Shown here: positions 36,583 to 46,570 of the stretch, piece by piece
How positions within the stretch are numbered: position 1 is the first letter of the stretch
Layout: the number at the start of each line of letters is the position of its first letter
NCBI GenBank assembly: GCA_043821645.1
Contig: JBDRCO010000068.1
Location: 96,001 to 160,000 of the forward strand
Direction of reading: 5' to 3'
Length of the DNA: 64,000 bases
Source of the DNA: Pseudomonadota bacterium
Lineage (GTDB): Bacteria; Myxococcota; JACRCW01; JAFGSX01
The notes under the pieces: model-generated
The model's database searches: none
What the model saw: the letters and a program-made list of their open reading frames with translations, nothing else
What the model was told of the DNA's origin: nothing
Made by a program: the position numbers and the translations under genes

Positions 36583-37320
36583 ATGGCAGGCAAGAGCAAG
36601 CGTGGCCGGGGTCCCGTTCGAGCGGCAGCGGGTGCACCACAAGCCCAGCCCGCCGCTCCTGGCGGCTATGAGGACGAGGTGACCGTGCGCGAGGTCGCTG
36701 CATCCGAGCAGTCGCCCAGGCGCCCTGGACGTGTGCGCCCGGTGCTGCCTCCGAAGCCCGACACGGATCCCATGCTGGGCGAGGAACCACCGCCAACCCG
36801 GCCGCACTTCACGGTCGAGCTGGTCGGCGATCAGGTCGGCCAGGCCATGAGCCAGATCGTGCACGAGGCCCAGTACTGGCTCAACAAGGGCCGCTACAAC
36901 AAAGTTCGCGTCACCCGCGCGGGCAAGCCCCTGCTGCCGGACATCCCCGTCGGAGCGCTGCTGGCCATAGAAGCCGCCACCTTCTTCTGGGCTGGCATGC
37001 TGCGGGGTGTGGTGGCCAACATCGCCGGCAATGTGCTGTTCGAGGTGGAGCTGATCAACGACGCCAAGGAGCACCTCAACCGCGGTCGCAAGCTGTTCCT
37101 CGACGGAGAGCTGGACGAGGCGCAGAAAGCCATGCAGCTCGCCCTCGAGATCGATGAGCGAGACGCCGAGATCCACATGGGCTTTGCCTCCCTGCTCAAG
37201 GCCCGAGGTTTGCGTGGCCGTGCCGTGGGACATTACCGGCGCGTCATCGAACTCGATCGCGAGGGCAACCTGGCCGAGGAGGCCCGGCACCAGCTCGAGA
37301 AGCTCGGGATCGACCTGTGA
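36583..37320 (+). CDS. DUF4342-like + tetratricopeptide repeat protein
   Basis: KVRV...LLPDIPV plus hydrophobic segment, followed by TPR helices; GGGAGG RBS. Confidence 0.7.
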   Translation: MAGKSKRGRGPVRAAAGAPQAQPAAPGGYEDEVTVREVAASEQSPRRPGRVRPVLPPKPDTDPMLGEEPPPTRPHFTVELVGDQVGQAMSQIVHEAQYWLNKGRYNKVRVTRAGKPLLPDIPVGALLAIEAATFFWAGMLRGVVANIAGNVLFEVELINDAKEHLNRGRKLFLDGELDEAQKAMQLALEIDERDAEIHMGFASLLKARGLRGRAVGHYRRVIELDREGNLAEEARHQLEKLGIDL

Positions 37321-37847
37321 AGCGACCTGGTGTCGTCCTGGCCCTGCTGCTCGCAGCCTGCGGAGGAGCACCCGGGGAGACAGGGCGCACCGGTTCGCGC
37401 CTGCCTCCAGGCTTCGAGGTCCGCCTCGACCAGGTCGTCTACCACCGCCTCGACGAACAGGGCCTACAGATCGAGGCCAGCACGGACCACGTGCTGCTCT
37501 CGCCCAGCTCGGGTCAGGCCCGCTTTCGACGGCTCACCCTGGCTCACCGCGCCGGATCTGCCAGCGGTGGCCTGGTCAGCCTGGTCGCGGGTGGAGGCAG
37601 CTCGAACCTGCTGACTGGCAAGTTGTTACTCACCGACGGGGTGCGGGTCGAGGACAGGCTTGGGCGAGTCCTGGATGTGCCCTCCGCGGCCTTCGATCCC
37701 GATGCCCGGGCTCTCGCGGGCCCCGGGCCAGCCACCCTGACCGGTCCGAACTATCACCTGCGTGCGGACAAGGGTGCCGTGGTCGACCTGGAGACGGCGA
37801 GTGTCGACCTCCTGGGTCCTGTCAGCGGATACATCGAGCCCCTGTGA
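37317..37847 (+). CDS. LptC-like beta-jellyroll lipoprotein
   Basis: Lipobox LAAC; beta-rich pattern L...GGV.V...G..L resembling LptC. Confidence 0.55.
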   Translation: MKRPGVVLALLLAACGGAPGETGRTGSRLPPGFEVRLDQVVYHRLDEQGLQIEASTDHVLLSPSSGQARFRRLTLAHRAGSASGGLVSLVAGGGSSNLLTGKLLLTDGVRVEDRLGRVLDVPSAAFDPDARALAGPGPATLTGPNYHLRADKGAVVDLETASVDLLGPVSGYIEPL

Positions 37848-37972
37848 TCCTGTGCCGCAGGACCCCGCCGTACGCTGTGAGACGCTCCCCGGGACGAGGA
37901 TGCAGCCGGTGTGCTCATCGAGGGGGACGGGGCTGCGAGTGAGGAGACGGAGCCGGGGGGTGACCGCGAGGT

Positions 37973-38635
37973 CTACTCGGGTACCTCGCTATCCTTGGGG
38001 GGACGGACCTCGAACAGAGGCTCATTGGCCACGCGCTCGCCCTCGATATCGATCACGTAGCGATAGACGCCGGCCTCGGGGAAGCGCATCGACGGGAAAT
38101 CCACGGCATGCTCGATGCGGTTCTTGCCCGTGAAATCAGCGATGCTCTCGGCGCTGCCGATGACCTTGCCGCGGCCGGTCATGACCGTCACGCTCATGCG
38201 CATGGCGCGGCCTGCACCGCCCTCGAGGTGGGCACAGACACTGAGCGGGTCCGTCGAGAATGGAAACTCCGGCGCCACGAAGAAGGTCACGCGCTCGGGC
38301 TTGGGCACGCACTTGCCACCCTTGATGACGATGGAGCGAGCCGCAAACACGCGCTTGACCTTGACCTTGCCATCTCCGGTCACGGCGTTCTTGCGCAGGC
38401 TCAGGGTCGGGTCGTCAGCATTCTGCGAGGACGGGCCCACGTTCTTGGTTGCCTGCTTGAGATCCCCGAGGCCACTTTTGCTGTCACCCAGGGTCCCTCC
38501 CAGGGCCTCGAACAGATCCGCCGACTCGTCCTTGTCCTTGGCGGGCTTCTTCTCGGCAGCCAAGGCCGCCGACGCGGAGAGCACAAGGCTGATGCCCAGC
38601 ATGGCCCGCAGCGCGACTGTCCCCCGGGTCTTCAT
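37973..38635 (-). CDS. Hypothetical secreted protein
   Basis: Sec signal (…ASAALA); C-terminal beta-sandwich-like FPEAGVYRYVI. Confidence 0.75.
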   Translation of the reverse strand: MKTRGTVALRAMLGISLVLSASAALAAEKKPAKDKDESADLFEALGGTLGDSKSGLGDLKQATKNVGPSSQNADDPTLSLRKNAVTGDGKVKVKRVFAARSIVIKGGKCVPKPERVTFFVAPEFPFSTDPLSVCAHLEGGAGRAMRMSVTVMTGRGKVIGSAESIADFTGKNRIEHAVDFPSMRFPEAGVYRYVIDIEGERVANEPLFEVRPPKDSEVPE

Positions 38636-39156
38636 TTCGTGCTCCCCTCGAGCCACTCGAACAGTTGCTCCGTCTCGAAGCGTAGCGAGGTCACCATCCA
38701 GCGCTCCGCCACCTCCCCGGAGGCCGGGGCCAGGTAGTACACAATCTCCCACACGGCTGGCTTGAGTGGATGGTAAGTGGCGTAATACACCGCGACCACC
38801 CGACTCGAACCAGGCAGCGGCCTTTCGCGCAGCAGCTCGTGGCTGCTCGCGCGCCCCAGTCGATTCTCCAGCTCGGTCATGCGCTCGGCCAGATGCTGGC
38901 GCTTGCCCTCGCTGATCGCGAACACAGGACTCAGACCCTCCATGGCGCGCGGATATTCACCGGCCACCACGGCGTCGAAGAAGGGTGCGCTGATGGCCTG
39001 CAGAGCCTGGCGTCGGGCCTGGGTCGGATCGGGGGGCTTGGTGGTCACAGCCTTGGCCGGTGCGGCCGGCCGGGCACCAGGAGCCACGGGTCGCGAAGGT
39101 TGTGCGGCGAGGGTGAGGGCTGTGCTCAGCAGGAGCATGGCACTGCATGGCATCAT
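38632..39156 (-). CDS. Hypothetical secreted protein
   Basis: Signal peptide and Pro/Ala linker; ATGA overlap with the next gene. Confidence 0.7.
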   Translation of the reverse strand: MMPCSAMLLLSTALTLAAQPSRPVAPGARPAAPAKAVTTKPPDPTQARRQALQAISAPFFDAVVAGEYPRAMEGLSPVFAISEGKRQHLAERMTELENRLGRASSHELLRERPLPGSSRVVAVYYATYHPLKPAVWEIVYYLAPASGEVAERWMVTSLRFETEQLFEWLEGSTK

Positions 39157-39240
39157 GAGTTCACGCTACACCGGCTCCCCGGGCCCTGCAATGCTGGTGG
39201 CCGGTGCACTGGCCACGCCGTGCCGTGCAGAGGATAGAAC

Positions 39241-40041
39241 ATGACACGCGTCAACAGCTTCGCCTTGCTCACGGACTTCGGCACCCACGACGGCTACGTC
39301 GGAGCAGTCAAGGCGGTCATCGCCAGCCTGGTGCCCGATGCCCATTTCATCGACCTGTGCCACGAGGTGGCTGCGCAGGATGTGGTGCACGGGGCCCAGC
39401 TGCTACAAGATCTGTCGCCCTACCTGCCGCGGGCCTGCGTGGTGCTGGCCGTGGTCGATCCCGGCGTGGGCACGGCGCGACGTGGGATCGCGGTCGAGTG
39501 GGTGGGCCACCAGCGCTGGCTGGTGGGACCGGACAACGGCCTGCTGTGGCCAAGCATCGCCGGCAAGGAGGTCAGGATCCACAGCCTGGAGAACTCCGAG
39601 TACCGGCTGCCGCAGGTGGCCTCGACCTTTCATGCCCGCGATGTGTTCGCACCTGCAGCGGCGCACCTGGCACTCGGGATTCCCGTCGAGCGCTTTGGAG
39701 CCGAGGTCACCGACCCCCGGGTGCTGGAGCTGCCGCAGCCCGTCGTCAGCACACGGCAGATCGCAGGGGAGATCCTGCGTGCAGACCACTACGGAAACCT
39801 GATCTCGAGTATTCCTGAAACCCTACTACCTGGTGATGTGCCACGCGAGCAGCTCCGCGTTCAGCTGGGTGACGTCGAGATCGCAGGTGTGGTGGCCAGC
39901 TATGGTCACCGGCCTGTGAACAATCTGCTGGCCACGGTGGGAGGCTTTGGACGGATCGAACTGGCGGTCCATGGCGGTTCTGCGGCGCAGCGCCTGGGCT
40001 ACCGTCCGGACGCCAGTTATTCGCTGCTGGTGCGCTGGTAA
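39241..40041 (+). CDS. SAM hydrolase / SAM-dependent halogenase family (DUF62)
   Basis: LLTDFG, VVDPGVGTAR, GPDNG, STFHARDVFAP, DHYGNLI. Confidence 0.93.
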   Translation: MTRVNSFALLTDFGTHDGYVGAVKAVIASLVPDAHFIDLCHEVAAQDVVHGAQLLQDLSPYLPRACVVLAVVDPGVGTARRGIAVEWVGHQRWLVGPDNGLLWPSIAGKEVRIHSLENSEYRLPQVASTFHARDVFAPAAAHLALGIPVERFGAEVTDPRVLELPQPVVSTRQIAGEILRADHYGNLISSIPETLLPGDVPREQLRVQLGDVEIAGVVASYGHRPVNNLLATVGGFGRIELAVHGGSAAQRLGYRPDASYSLLVRW

Positions 40042-40046
40042 GCTGC

Positions 40047-40343
40047 TCAGGCCGTGGCCAGAGAACGGAGCCAGGACAGGTCGTCGGCGTCGGGGATGGG
40101 AAAGCTGTCCAGGTCGAAGCCCGCCTGTGCGCGCTGTTCCAGATCGGTGGAAGTGAACTCGATGGCGTAGGGCACGCCCACCCGGTCACCGAGCGCGCCC
40201 TCGACCCGTCGGATCTGCCACAGCTCACGCTGGCGAAGCCGCTCGCTGTAGCGATCCAGGGTCGGCGGCATGGGGTCCAGATCGGTCTGATGCTCCAGCC
40301 AATCGCCAAGTCCAAGGATGCGGATGGTTCGACGACGGGGCAC
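40047..40343 (-). CDS. Hypothetical protein
   Basis: 98-aa ORF with globular-looking composition. Confidence 0.5.
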   Translation of the reverse strand: MPRRRTIRILGLGDWLEHQTDLDPMPPTLDRYSERLRQRELWQIRRVEGALGDRVGVPYAIEFTSTDLEQRAQAGFDLDSFPIPDADDLSWLRSLATA

Positions 40344-40445
40344 GGCTGTACTTTCTACGAGTGTCGACGGATGGGTGGTTCTTATTCGAGCCCAGAAGAC
40401 CTGGCAAGCGCTGTCTTCGTCGTCCTCAACGCGCCAGGCGAGGGG

Positions 40446-41366
40446 TCAGGGTGATCCCCGCACCGCAGGGGGGATTCGGGCCTGGATGGCGTTGATGGTT
40501 CCGCGGTAGCCCACCACACCGTGGGGCTGTCCTTCGATGCGTGCGTGCAGAGCTGTGGACCAGCCGCCATCGAGGTTCAGTGCCCAGCGCAGGCCCAGCC
40601 CACCCGCCTTTTCGTCGCGCGCGGCGAACTCGGCCAGGTCGCGCAAGGTCACACCCGTACTGGTGGTCTGGCGGTTGAGGTAGACCACACCCGCCGTCTC
40701 CTGAGACACCGCCCTGGCGTCGTAGGCCACGGCGAGAACCAGGTGCAGGTGGTCATCGATGCCGACCAGCGAGCGGGCATCGCTCCGCGCCTGGGTGCGT
40801 TCGCGAACCAGGCTCTCACCGTCGGCAACCAGGCGATCGATGCTCTGCAGCGCGTGGTGGATCTCGGGCGAGGGTTTGAACGCGTCCCGGTGCATGATCT
40901 CGGGAACACTCCCCGCCACCACGAACACCCCGGACCCTCCATTGCTTCGGAAGCGCTTGACCTGGTGCCCGTGGGAGACCACCAGCCCCAGGGGGCCGCT
41001 GTCGTCGTAAAATCCACCGTTGATGGCGAGGTAGTCGCCGGGCTCTCTTTCGGCCAGGGACGTGATCTCGGTGATCCGGCGGGGCGCATTGCTGGCGACC
41101 TCGACCGAGAGCTGCACGCCTTCTGGCTTGATGTGTGCAATCCAGATCTCACCGACCTGTGGACCCTGCCGGTAGCGCCAGCGATCGAGGGTGAGAAACT
41201 CCCCGGCGTCTTTCCAGTGCCCCAGCGCCTGCTCCAGGGCGAGGGGAGGCAAGTCGATCGAGCTGGGCTGTGGACAGCCCACCAGGCTCAGCAGTCCGGG
41301 AAGCAACGCGGCGGATGCCTGGGCCGCGAGACAGAGCCGCGCCAGTCGTGGTGCCAGGCGCCACAT
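40446..41366 (-). CDS. Phosphodiester glycosidase (DUF2233/NAGPA) family protein
   Basis: AINGGFY, ARSLVG, ALNLDGGWST. Confidence 0.85.
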   Translation of the reverse strand: MWRLAPRLARLCLAAQASAALLPGLLSLVGCPQPSSIDLPPLALEQALGHWKDAGEFLTLDRWRYRQGPQVGEIWIAHIKPEGVQLSVEVASNAPRRITEITSLAEREPGDYLAINGGFYDDSGPLGLVVSHGHQVKRFRSNGGSGVFVVAGSVPEIMHRDAFKPSPEIHHALQSIDRLVADGESLVRERTQARSDARSLVGIDDHLHLVLAVAYDARAVSQETAGVVYLNRQTTSTGVTLRDLAEFAARDEKAGGLGLRWALNLDGGWSTALHARIEGQPHGVVGYRGTINAIQARIPPAVRGSP

Positions 41367-41372
41367 GGGTTT

Positions 41373-41795
41373 CTAGCGTGCCCGCGAGGTGGTCTTGCGC
41401 AGGCGCCGGCTCAAGACCTTGATGATCCCGAGGGCGATCTCGGGTTTTTCAGTCAGGATGTCTGCGAAATCTTCCTGCTGTATTCGCAGCAGCGTGACGT
41501 CGGTGACAGCGGTGACCGAGGCCGAACGCGGCTCGCTATCGAGCAGGGCCATCTCACCGACAACCTGCCTTTCCCCCAAAACCGCGATCTCGAGCTCGAC
41601 CTTGTGCACCCGCACCTGACCCGAGATGATGAGAAAGAGCGAATCCCCGAGTTCACCCTCGCGCATGACCAGTTGCTCGCGCTCGAACTCGACCTCGTCC
41701 GCAATCTGGGCAATCTGCGACAGATCCTCACCCGAGATCTGACCGAAGAGCTCGACCCCTTTGAGGAACAGTACTTTCTCGACGGTGGAGATCAT
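41373..41795 (-). CDS. Stand-alone cyclic nucleotide-binding protein
   Basis: VEKVLFLKGVELF, GEMALLDSEPRSASV. Confidence 0.92.
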   Translation of the reverse strand: MISTVEKVLFLKGVELFGQISGEDLSQIAQIADEVEFEREQLVMREGELGDSLFLIISGQVRVHKVELEIAVLGERQVVGEMALLDSEPRSASVTAVTDVTLLRIQQEDFADILTEKPEIALGIIKVLSRRLRKTTSRAR

Positions 41796-41874
41796 CCCTT
41801 GCCTGTTCCTGGTGGCGGTCCATCGAGCCCGGCGGCGCGCTGCCCGGCAGTATCGGAGCGACCGGCGGTGAGCG

Positions 41875-44823
41875 TCAAGTCAGCGTCGTAGGACTGGGAG
41901 CACCTCCCAGACCGCTCCCGGTGGCGACCATGACGCGTGGGTCCGCCACGGCCAGCAGAGACAGGGCGTAGCGGCGGACCGTGACGTCGGCGTCTTCGAG
42001 CATGAGCTGACAGCAGCGGACGAACTGTCTGGGCTGCTGGAGCACCGACAGGGCGCGCACCGAGGTCTCTCGGATCACGGGATCCGGATCGCGCAGGCCG
42101 CTTTCGACCTGCGGGACGAAGTCGCGCAGCCCGGTCTCGCCGATGTCGTACAGCGCACACACCCGCAGCCAGGTGTCATCGGACTCCAGGAACGCTCCCA
42201 GCCACTCGGTGCGAGGCCGGCGCGCGATCTCGAAGGCATCCGCTCCGAAGCTGATCTTCTGTTCGGCCGACCCCTCGTCAAGGATGGGGAGGATCAGACG
42301 GCCAATTTCTTTGTCCAGGAGATTATCCAGCAGTTCCGCGGCGTTGGCGCGCACGATCTTGGAAGGAGAATGCAGGTTGCGGAACACCAGGTCGATGGTG
42401 CGCAGGGGATACAGGATGCTCAGGAAGCGGAAGATGCGGTCGAGGTTGCGATCCAGGCGCTCCCGCAGCGCATCGGAGAGCAGGTCCACCCCCGTGGGCA
42501 GGTCCAGCCCGCCGATGTCAGCCAGGGCTGCCATGGTCTGGTAATGGTCGCGAACCTCGTCGAGCAAGAAGGGTTTGACCTGGTGGGCTCCGACGTGGAT
42601 GTCCTGCAGCCGGTCGCGAAGTCGCGCCGCAGCTCGGGCGACCTCCCAGCGCAGGCCGCCGTCGCGTACACCGAGATTGCTCAACAGGATGTCCAGGCTG
42701 GCCCGGGATGCGATGGTCGCGAGAACGCGCGGGACCTGGCGGCGGATGACGATGTCCTCGTCGACGTGGGCCAGGACCTTGCCCAGCACTGGCAAGACCT
42801 CATCCCCGTAGCGCGTCAGCGCCAGCAGCGCGGCCCGGGCCGTGTCGCGCCGTGCCAGCTTGTAGATCAGCACCGGGATGAGTTCCGGGCTGCGCATCTC
42901 CGAGGCGGCGGCGATGGCCGCATTCTGCACGCTGCTGTCGCGATCCTGCATCAGGTCGAGCACCGGCTGGAAGAAGTTGCGCACGCGGATCTCACCCAGC
43001 ACCCAGGCGGCCTGGCGACGGACCAGCGGGCTCGAGTCGCGCAGCATCGCCTTGAACTCGTCGGCGCTGGACAGGATGCCGTCGAGACCTCCGTGGCGCA
43101 TCATGCCCGCCACCGCTGCGGCGCGCACCAGGGGGCTGGGATCCGCCAGGTAGCGGCGAACGGTGGGGATGGCGCGCTCGCCGGTGAGGGCGCAGAAGCT
43201 GCGGATGGCCTGGGCGCGCACATCGTCGTCGGTATCGGTAAAGCGATCGTGTACCAGGTCGAGATAGTGGATGGCCACGGCCTCGCCACCGGACAGCAGA
43301 CGCAACGCGGACTGACGGATCTGGGCTGTGCAGTGGGTCGTCAACTGGGCCACGTCGTGTAGCAGTTCGCCTCCGCGCACCCGGGGCACGAGTTCCAGGG
43401 CGTCCAGTACTTCACGGTCCCGGGAGGACCGCAGCGTCGAGCCCAGGAGCTCGATGGTGCGCTGGTCACTGATCTCGAAATTGGACTCCTCGAAGTTGAG
43501 GCGGCGCTTGCGCAGGTTGGCCATGAGCTGGCGCACGTACTCACGTTTGATGCCGACCACGAGTACGATCCAGGCTGCGATGAAACCCAGGGCCACCATG
43601 AACAGGCGCGACACGGGCATGTGCAGCTGGTTGATGACCACGACCAGCACGCCGCCCGCCAGGCCCATCGCCACCGGCTTGAGGATGCCGTCGATGAGCG
43701 CTTTCGCGCGGCCTCGGATCTCTGATGGCACGGCCGTGTAAAGGACCTGCATGGTCGCGTCATACAGGGAGTAGCGCAGGCTGTTCTCGCTCCCCTTGGC
43801 CAGGGTCGCGGCCCACAGGGCACCGGCGGTACTGAATCCCACCGCCGAGAAGCCAAACAGCGCGATGGGGAGCACCAGCAGGGCCACCACGACGCCGAAG
43901 CGTTCGAGGAGCCGGCGCGTCACGAAGAACTGGATCGCAGCGCCGAGCAAGCCTGTGTACAGGAAGAACTCGGAGAAGAAGGTCGTGAGCTCGTCGCCCC
44001 GGAAGTGGTCGCGGGCGATGGACTTGAACGCGAAGTCGATGAACTGGGTCGAGACGAAGGTGATGGCCGTGATGGCGGCCACGATCTGCAGGTGCTTGGA
44101 CTTGAACACCGTGCGCACGTCGTCGAGCATGCCGCCCACGGCGTGAATGGTGGTGGTGGTGCGGCGGGTGGTCAGGGCATCGACGATGCGGTCCCGCTGC
44201 TCGCGGCCAAGGAGCACCACGCAGATGATGCAGATGGCCAGCATTCCTGCCTGCAGCAGGATCAGGTTCTCGGTCCCGATGAGGGGCACCAGTCCGCGGA
44301 CGCCGCCGCCACACAGAGGATTGGCGAGCACACCGACCAGCACAATGAAGGGGAAGATGCGCTTGGCCTCGCGCGACGAGAACACGTCGGAGGCGAAGGT
44401 CCAGAACTGGATCATCAGAAAGGCGCCCAGCACCTCGATCCAGTTGTAGAAGACAAAATAGAACCAGCCGTAGCCCAGGCCTGCCAGCACCCGGGAGATC
44501 AGCAGGGACGAGAAGAGGATGCCCAGCACCACCAGGATCAAACGGTCCCGGCGGTAGCGATCGGCGATGCGGGTGTAGAAGAAGGCGGGCAGGGCGACCG
44601 CCGCGGCGACGGTCACGTAGTTGTAGGCGAGCAGCGACTTGTCGAAGCGCGACAGGAAAAGGGAGTCCCGGGTGATGCGCCCCATGATGAAGGCGCTGAC
44701 CGCAGCGAGCAAGTACAGCGCCATGAGCAAGGCACGGCGCTTCTCGACCGGCCGCACCTTGAACAGAGACCACAGTAACTTGTCGATGGTCGCGACGGGC
44801 ATTCCCACCCACCGTCCGCGCAT
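41875..44823 (-). CDS. NTT/Npt1-like MFS nucleotide transporter fused to HEAT repeats
   Basis: RDSLFL, QFWTFASDVFSSREAKRIF, RGRAKALID; about 12 TMs, then HEAT repeats (LADPSPLVRAAA). Confidence 0.88.
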   Translation of the reverse strand: MRGRWVGMPVATIDKLLWSLFKVRPVEKRRALLMALYLLAAVSAFIMGRITRDSLFLSRFDKSLLAYNYVTVAAAVALPAFFYTRIADRYRRDRLILVVLGILFSSLLISRVLAGLGYGWFYFVFYNWIEVLGAFLMIQFWTFASDVFSSREAKRIFPFIVLVGVLANPLCGGGVRGLVPLIGTENLILLQAGMLAICIICVVLLGREQRDRIVDALTTRRTTTTIHAVGGMLDDVRTVFKSKHLQIVAAITAITFVSTQFIDFAFKSIARDHFRGDELTTFFSEFFLYTGLLGAAIQFFVTRRLLERFGVVVALLVLPIALFGFSAVGFSTAGALWAATLAKGSENSLRYSLYDATMQVLYTAVPSEIRGRAKALIDGILKPVAMGLAGGVLVVVINQLHMPVSRLFMVALGFIAAWIVLVVGIKREYVRQLMANLRKRRLNFEESNFEISDQRTIELLGSTLRSSRDREVLDALELVPRVRGGELLHDVAQLTTHCTAQIRQSALRLLSGGEAVAIHYLDLVHDRFTDTDDDVRAQAIRSFCALTGERAIPTVRRYLADPSPLVRAAAVAGMMRHGGLDGILSSADEFKAMLRDSSPLVRRQAAWVLGEIRVRNFFQPVLDLMQDRDSSVQNAAIAAASEMRSPELIPVLIYKLARRDTARAALLALTRYGDEVLPVLGKVLAHVDEDIVIRRQVPRVLATIASRASLDILLSNLGVRDGGLRWEVARAAARLRDRLQDIHVGAHQVKPFLLDEVRDHYQTMAALADIGGLDLPTGVDLLSDALRERLDRNLDRIFRFLSILYPLRTIDLVFRNLHSPSKIVRANAAELLDNLLDKEIGRLILPILDEGSAEQKISFGADAFEIARRPRTEWLGAFLESDDTWLRVCALYDIGETGLRDFVPQVESGLRDPDPVIRETSVRALSVLQQPRQFVRCCQLMLEDADVTVRRYALSLLAVADPRVMVATGSGLGGAPSPTTLT

Positions 44824-44965
44824 CTCGAGGACACGCGCTCCTGTCCTGGATCAGACCCCGGATCTTTACCATGTCTTCGCAGGGCGGGCACCCTCGTCGA
44901 TGCGGGCGTGAGTTGCGGGGCTGGCGGCGGAGTGCTAGAGGGTGTCCTTCGACGACAACAGGGGT

Positions 44966-45838
44966 ATGCAGATGTCGCGTGTCATTGCCGTGGCCAACCA
45001 GAAGGGTGGGGTGGGCAAGACGGTCACCGCCATCAATCTGGCTGCCGAGCTGGCTCGCATGGGCCGACGCACCTTGCTCATCGACCTCGATCCCCAGGGG
45101 CACTGTGGCATCGGCATGGGCATGGATATCGAGGCCGCGGAGCAGACGACCTACGAACTGTTGACCCGGCGGGAGGCGCAGATCGGAGACTGCGCCCGCA
45201 GCGTCGACTTCGATGAGGTTCGTGGCTTTCTGGACTTCATCCCTGCCAACCTCAAGCTCAGCCTGGCCGAGCGAGAGCTGGAGCGGGTGTACTCCCTGCC
45301 GAATCTGGTGCTGGCCAAGAAGCTCAAGGAGGTGCGCGCGGAGTACGATGAGATCGTCCTCGATTGTCCTCCCGCCCTGAGCAAGCTGACCCTCAATGCC
45401 TTCCTGGCTTCGAACCTGATCATCATCCCCATCTCGGTGAGCTACTTCAGCATCCAGGGCGTGCGCATGCTGGCCGAGACCCTGCGCGACATCTTCGAGG
45501 AGACGGGTCTGGACTACGAGATCCGCTGCCTGATCACGCGCTACCGCGATCGCCAGAGCGTGTCGCGCGAGGTGCACGAGGCGGCGCAGGAGCTGTTCGG
45601 GGACTACTGCTTTGACACCCTGATCCGGGACAGCGTCGAGGTCGAGAAGTCCGTCGGGGCGCAGCGACCGCTCTACCTGTACCGCCGCACCTGCGGTCCG
45701 GCCCGGGACTACCTGCATCTGGCCGAGGAGATCGTGGACCTGGGCAAGGTGGACACGACACGACCCCAGAAGACAGGTGACGACGAGGATTCCGAGCAAG
45801 AGCTCCCGCAGGCGCCGGAGATCAGCGCGGTGATGTGA
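44966..45838 (+). CDS. ParA/Soj-family ATPase (orphan)
   Basis: NQKGGVGKT, DLDPQG, DCPPAL; no parB adjacent. Confidence 0.93.
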   Translation: MQMSRVIAVANQKGGVGKTVTAINLAAELARMGRRTLLIDLDPQGHCGIGMGMDIEAAEQTTYELLTRREAQIGDCARSVDFDEVRGFLDFIPANLKLSLAERELERVYSLPNLVLAKKLKEVRAEYDEIVLDCPPALSKLTLNAFLASNLIIIPISVSYFSIQGVRMLAETLRDIFEETGLDYEIRCLITRYRDRQSVSREVHEAAQELFGDYCFDTLIRDSVEVEKSVGAQRPLYLYRRTCGPARDYLHLAEEIVDLGKVDTTRPQKTGDDEDSEQELPQAPEISAVM

Positions 45839-45865
45839 GGCAGCCCAGGCAAGCAGAGGTCATCC

Positions 45866-46570
45866 GTGGCGGCGAAGCGAAGCAAGAAAAGCAAGACCAA
45901 GGATCCGGCCAGCGAGGGTGAGCGTCGCAGCAGCGCGCCTTCGGTGATGGGTTTTCTCAAGCGGGTCGGCGGCATGCCGCGGGTTGGCCACACACCCGCC
46001 AAGGGCATGCTCGGTGAGATCTCCAAGGAGGACCTCATCGAGGCAGGTCGCCTGGGTGCGGGCCCCCTGGAGCCCCGACCGGAGCTCGAGAGCGCGGCCA
46101 CGGTCGAGGCCGAGCTGAGCGAACCCGCCGGACGCTGGGAACACCTTGAAGACGTGGTGCTCGAGGACACCGCAGCGGTGAGCCGGCTCCGGCTGGCACG
46201 GCAGGTGGGAGCCCGGGCCAACCGCGGAGATCCGAACGCCCGCCGCGAGGAGCGGATTCCTGCCCGTCTGCGGGTCGAGTACCGGCGCGCCGGCAAGGTC
46301 GAGGTGGATCTCGCCGGCAACATCTCGACCGGTGGAGCCTTCGTGCGCACGGCCAACCCGCTGCAGGTGGGCGATCCGCTCCTGCTCAGCTTCGACGTCC
46401 CGGATCGCCGCTTGCCCCTGCAAGTCGCTGCCCGCGTCAAGTGGGTGACGCCCTTCGGCGACATCAACAACGCGCTGGCCGGGATGGGCGTCGAGTTCGT
46501 CGCTCTCGACGACGACAAGCGTCAGGCTCTGCAGTCTCTGGTCCGGCTGTCCACGGAGGTTCGCCCGTGA
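45866..46570 (+). CDS. PilZ-domain protein (TIGR02266-like) with N-terminal extension
   Basis: RREER (RxxxR), NISTGGAF, GMGVEF. Confidence 0.85.
   Translation: MAAKRSKKSKTKDPASEGERRSSAPSVMGFLKRVGGMPRVGHTPAKGMLGEISKEDLIEAGRLGAGPLEPRPELESAATVEAELSEPAGRWEHLEDVVLEDTAAVSRLRLARQVGARANRGDPNARREERIPARLRVEYRRAGKVEVDLAGNISTGGAFVRTANPLQVGDPLLLSFDVPDRRLPLQVAARVKWVTPFGDINNALAGMGVEFVALDDDKRQALQSLVRLSTEVRP

Noticed and set aside
36426-36600. tRNA-Val as an integration site for a genomic island
   Set aside because: No integrase, no duplicated tRNA 3' end seen, and no compositional shift nearby
39241-40041. Fluorinase/chlorinase natural-product cluster
   Set aside because: Retains the Asp-Arg-His residues typical of DUF62 SAM hydrolases and has no biosynthetic neighbours
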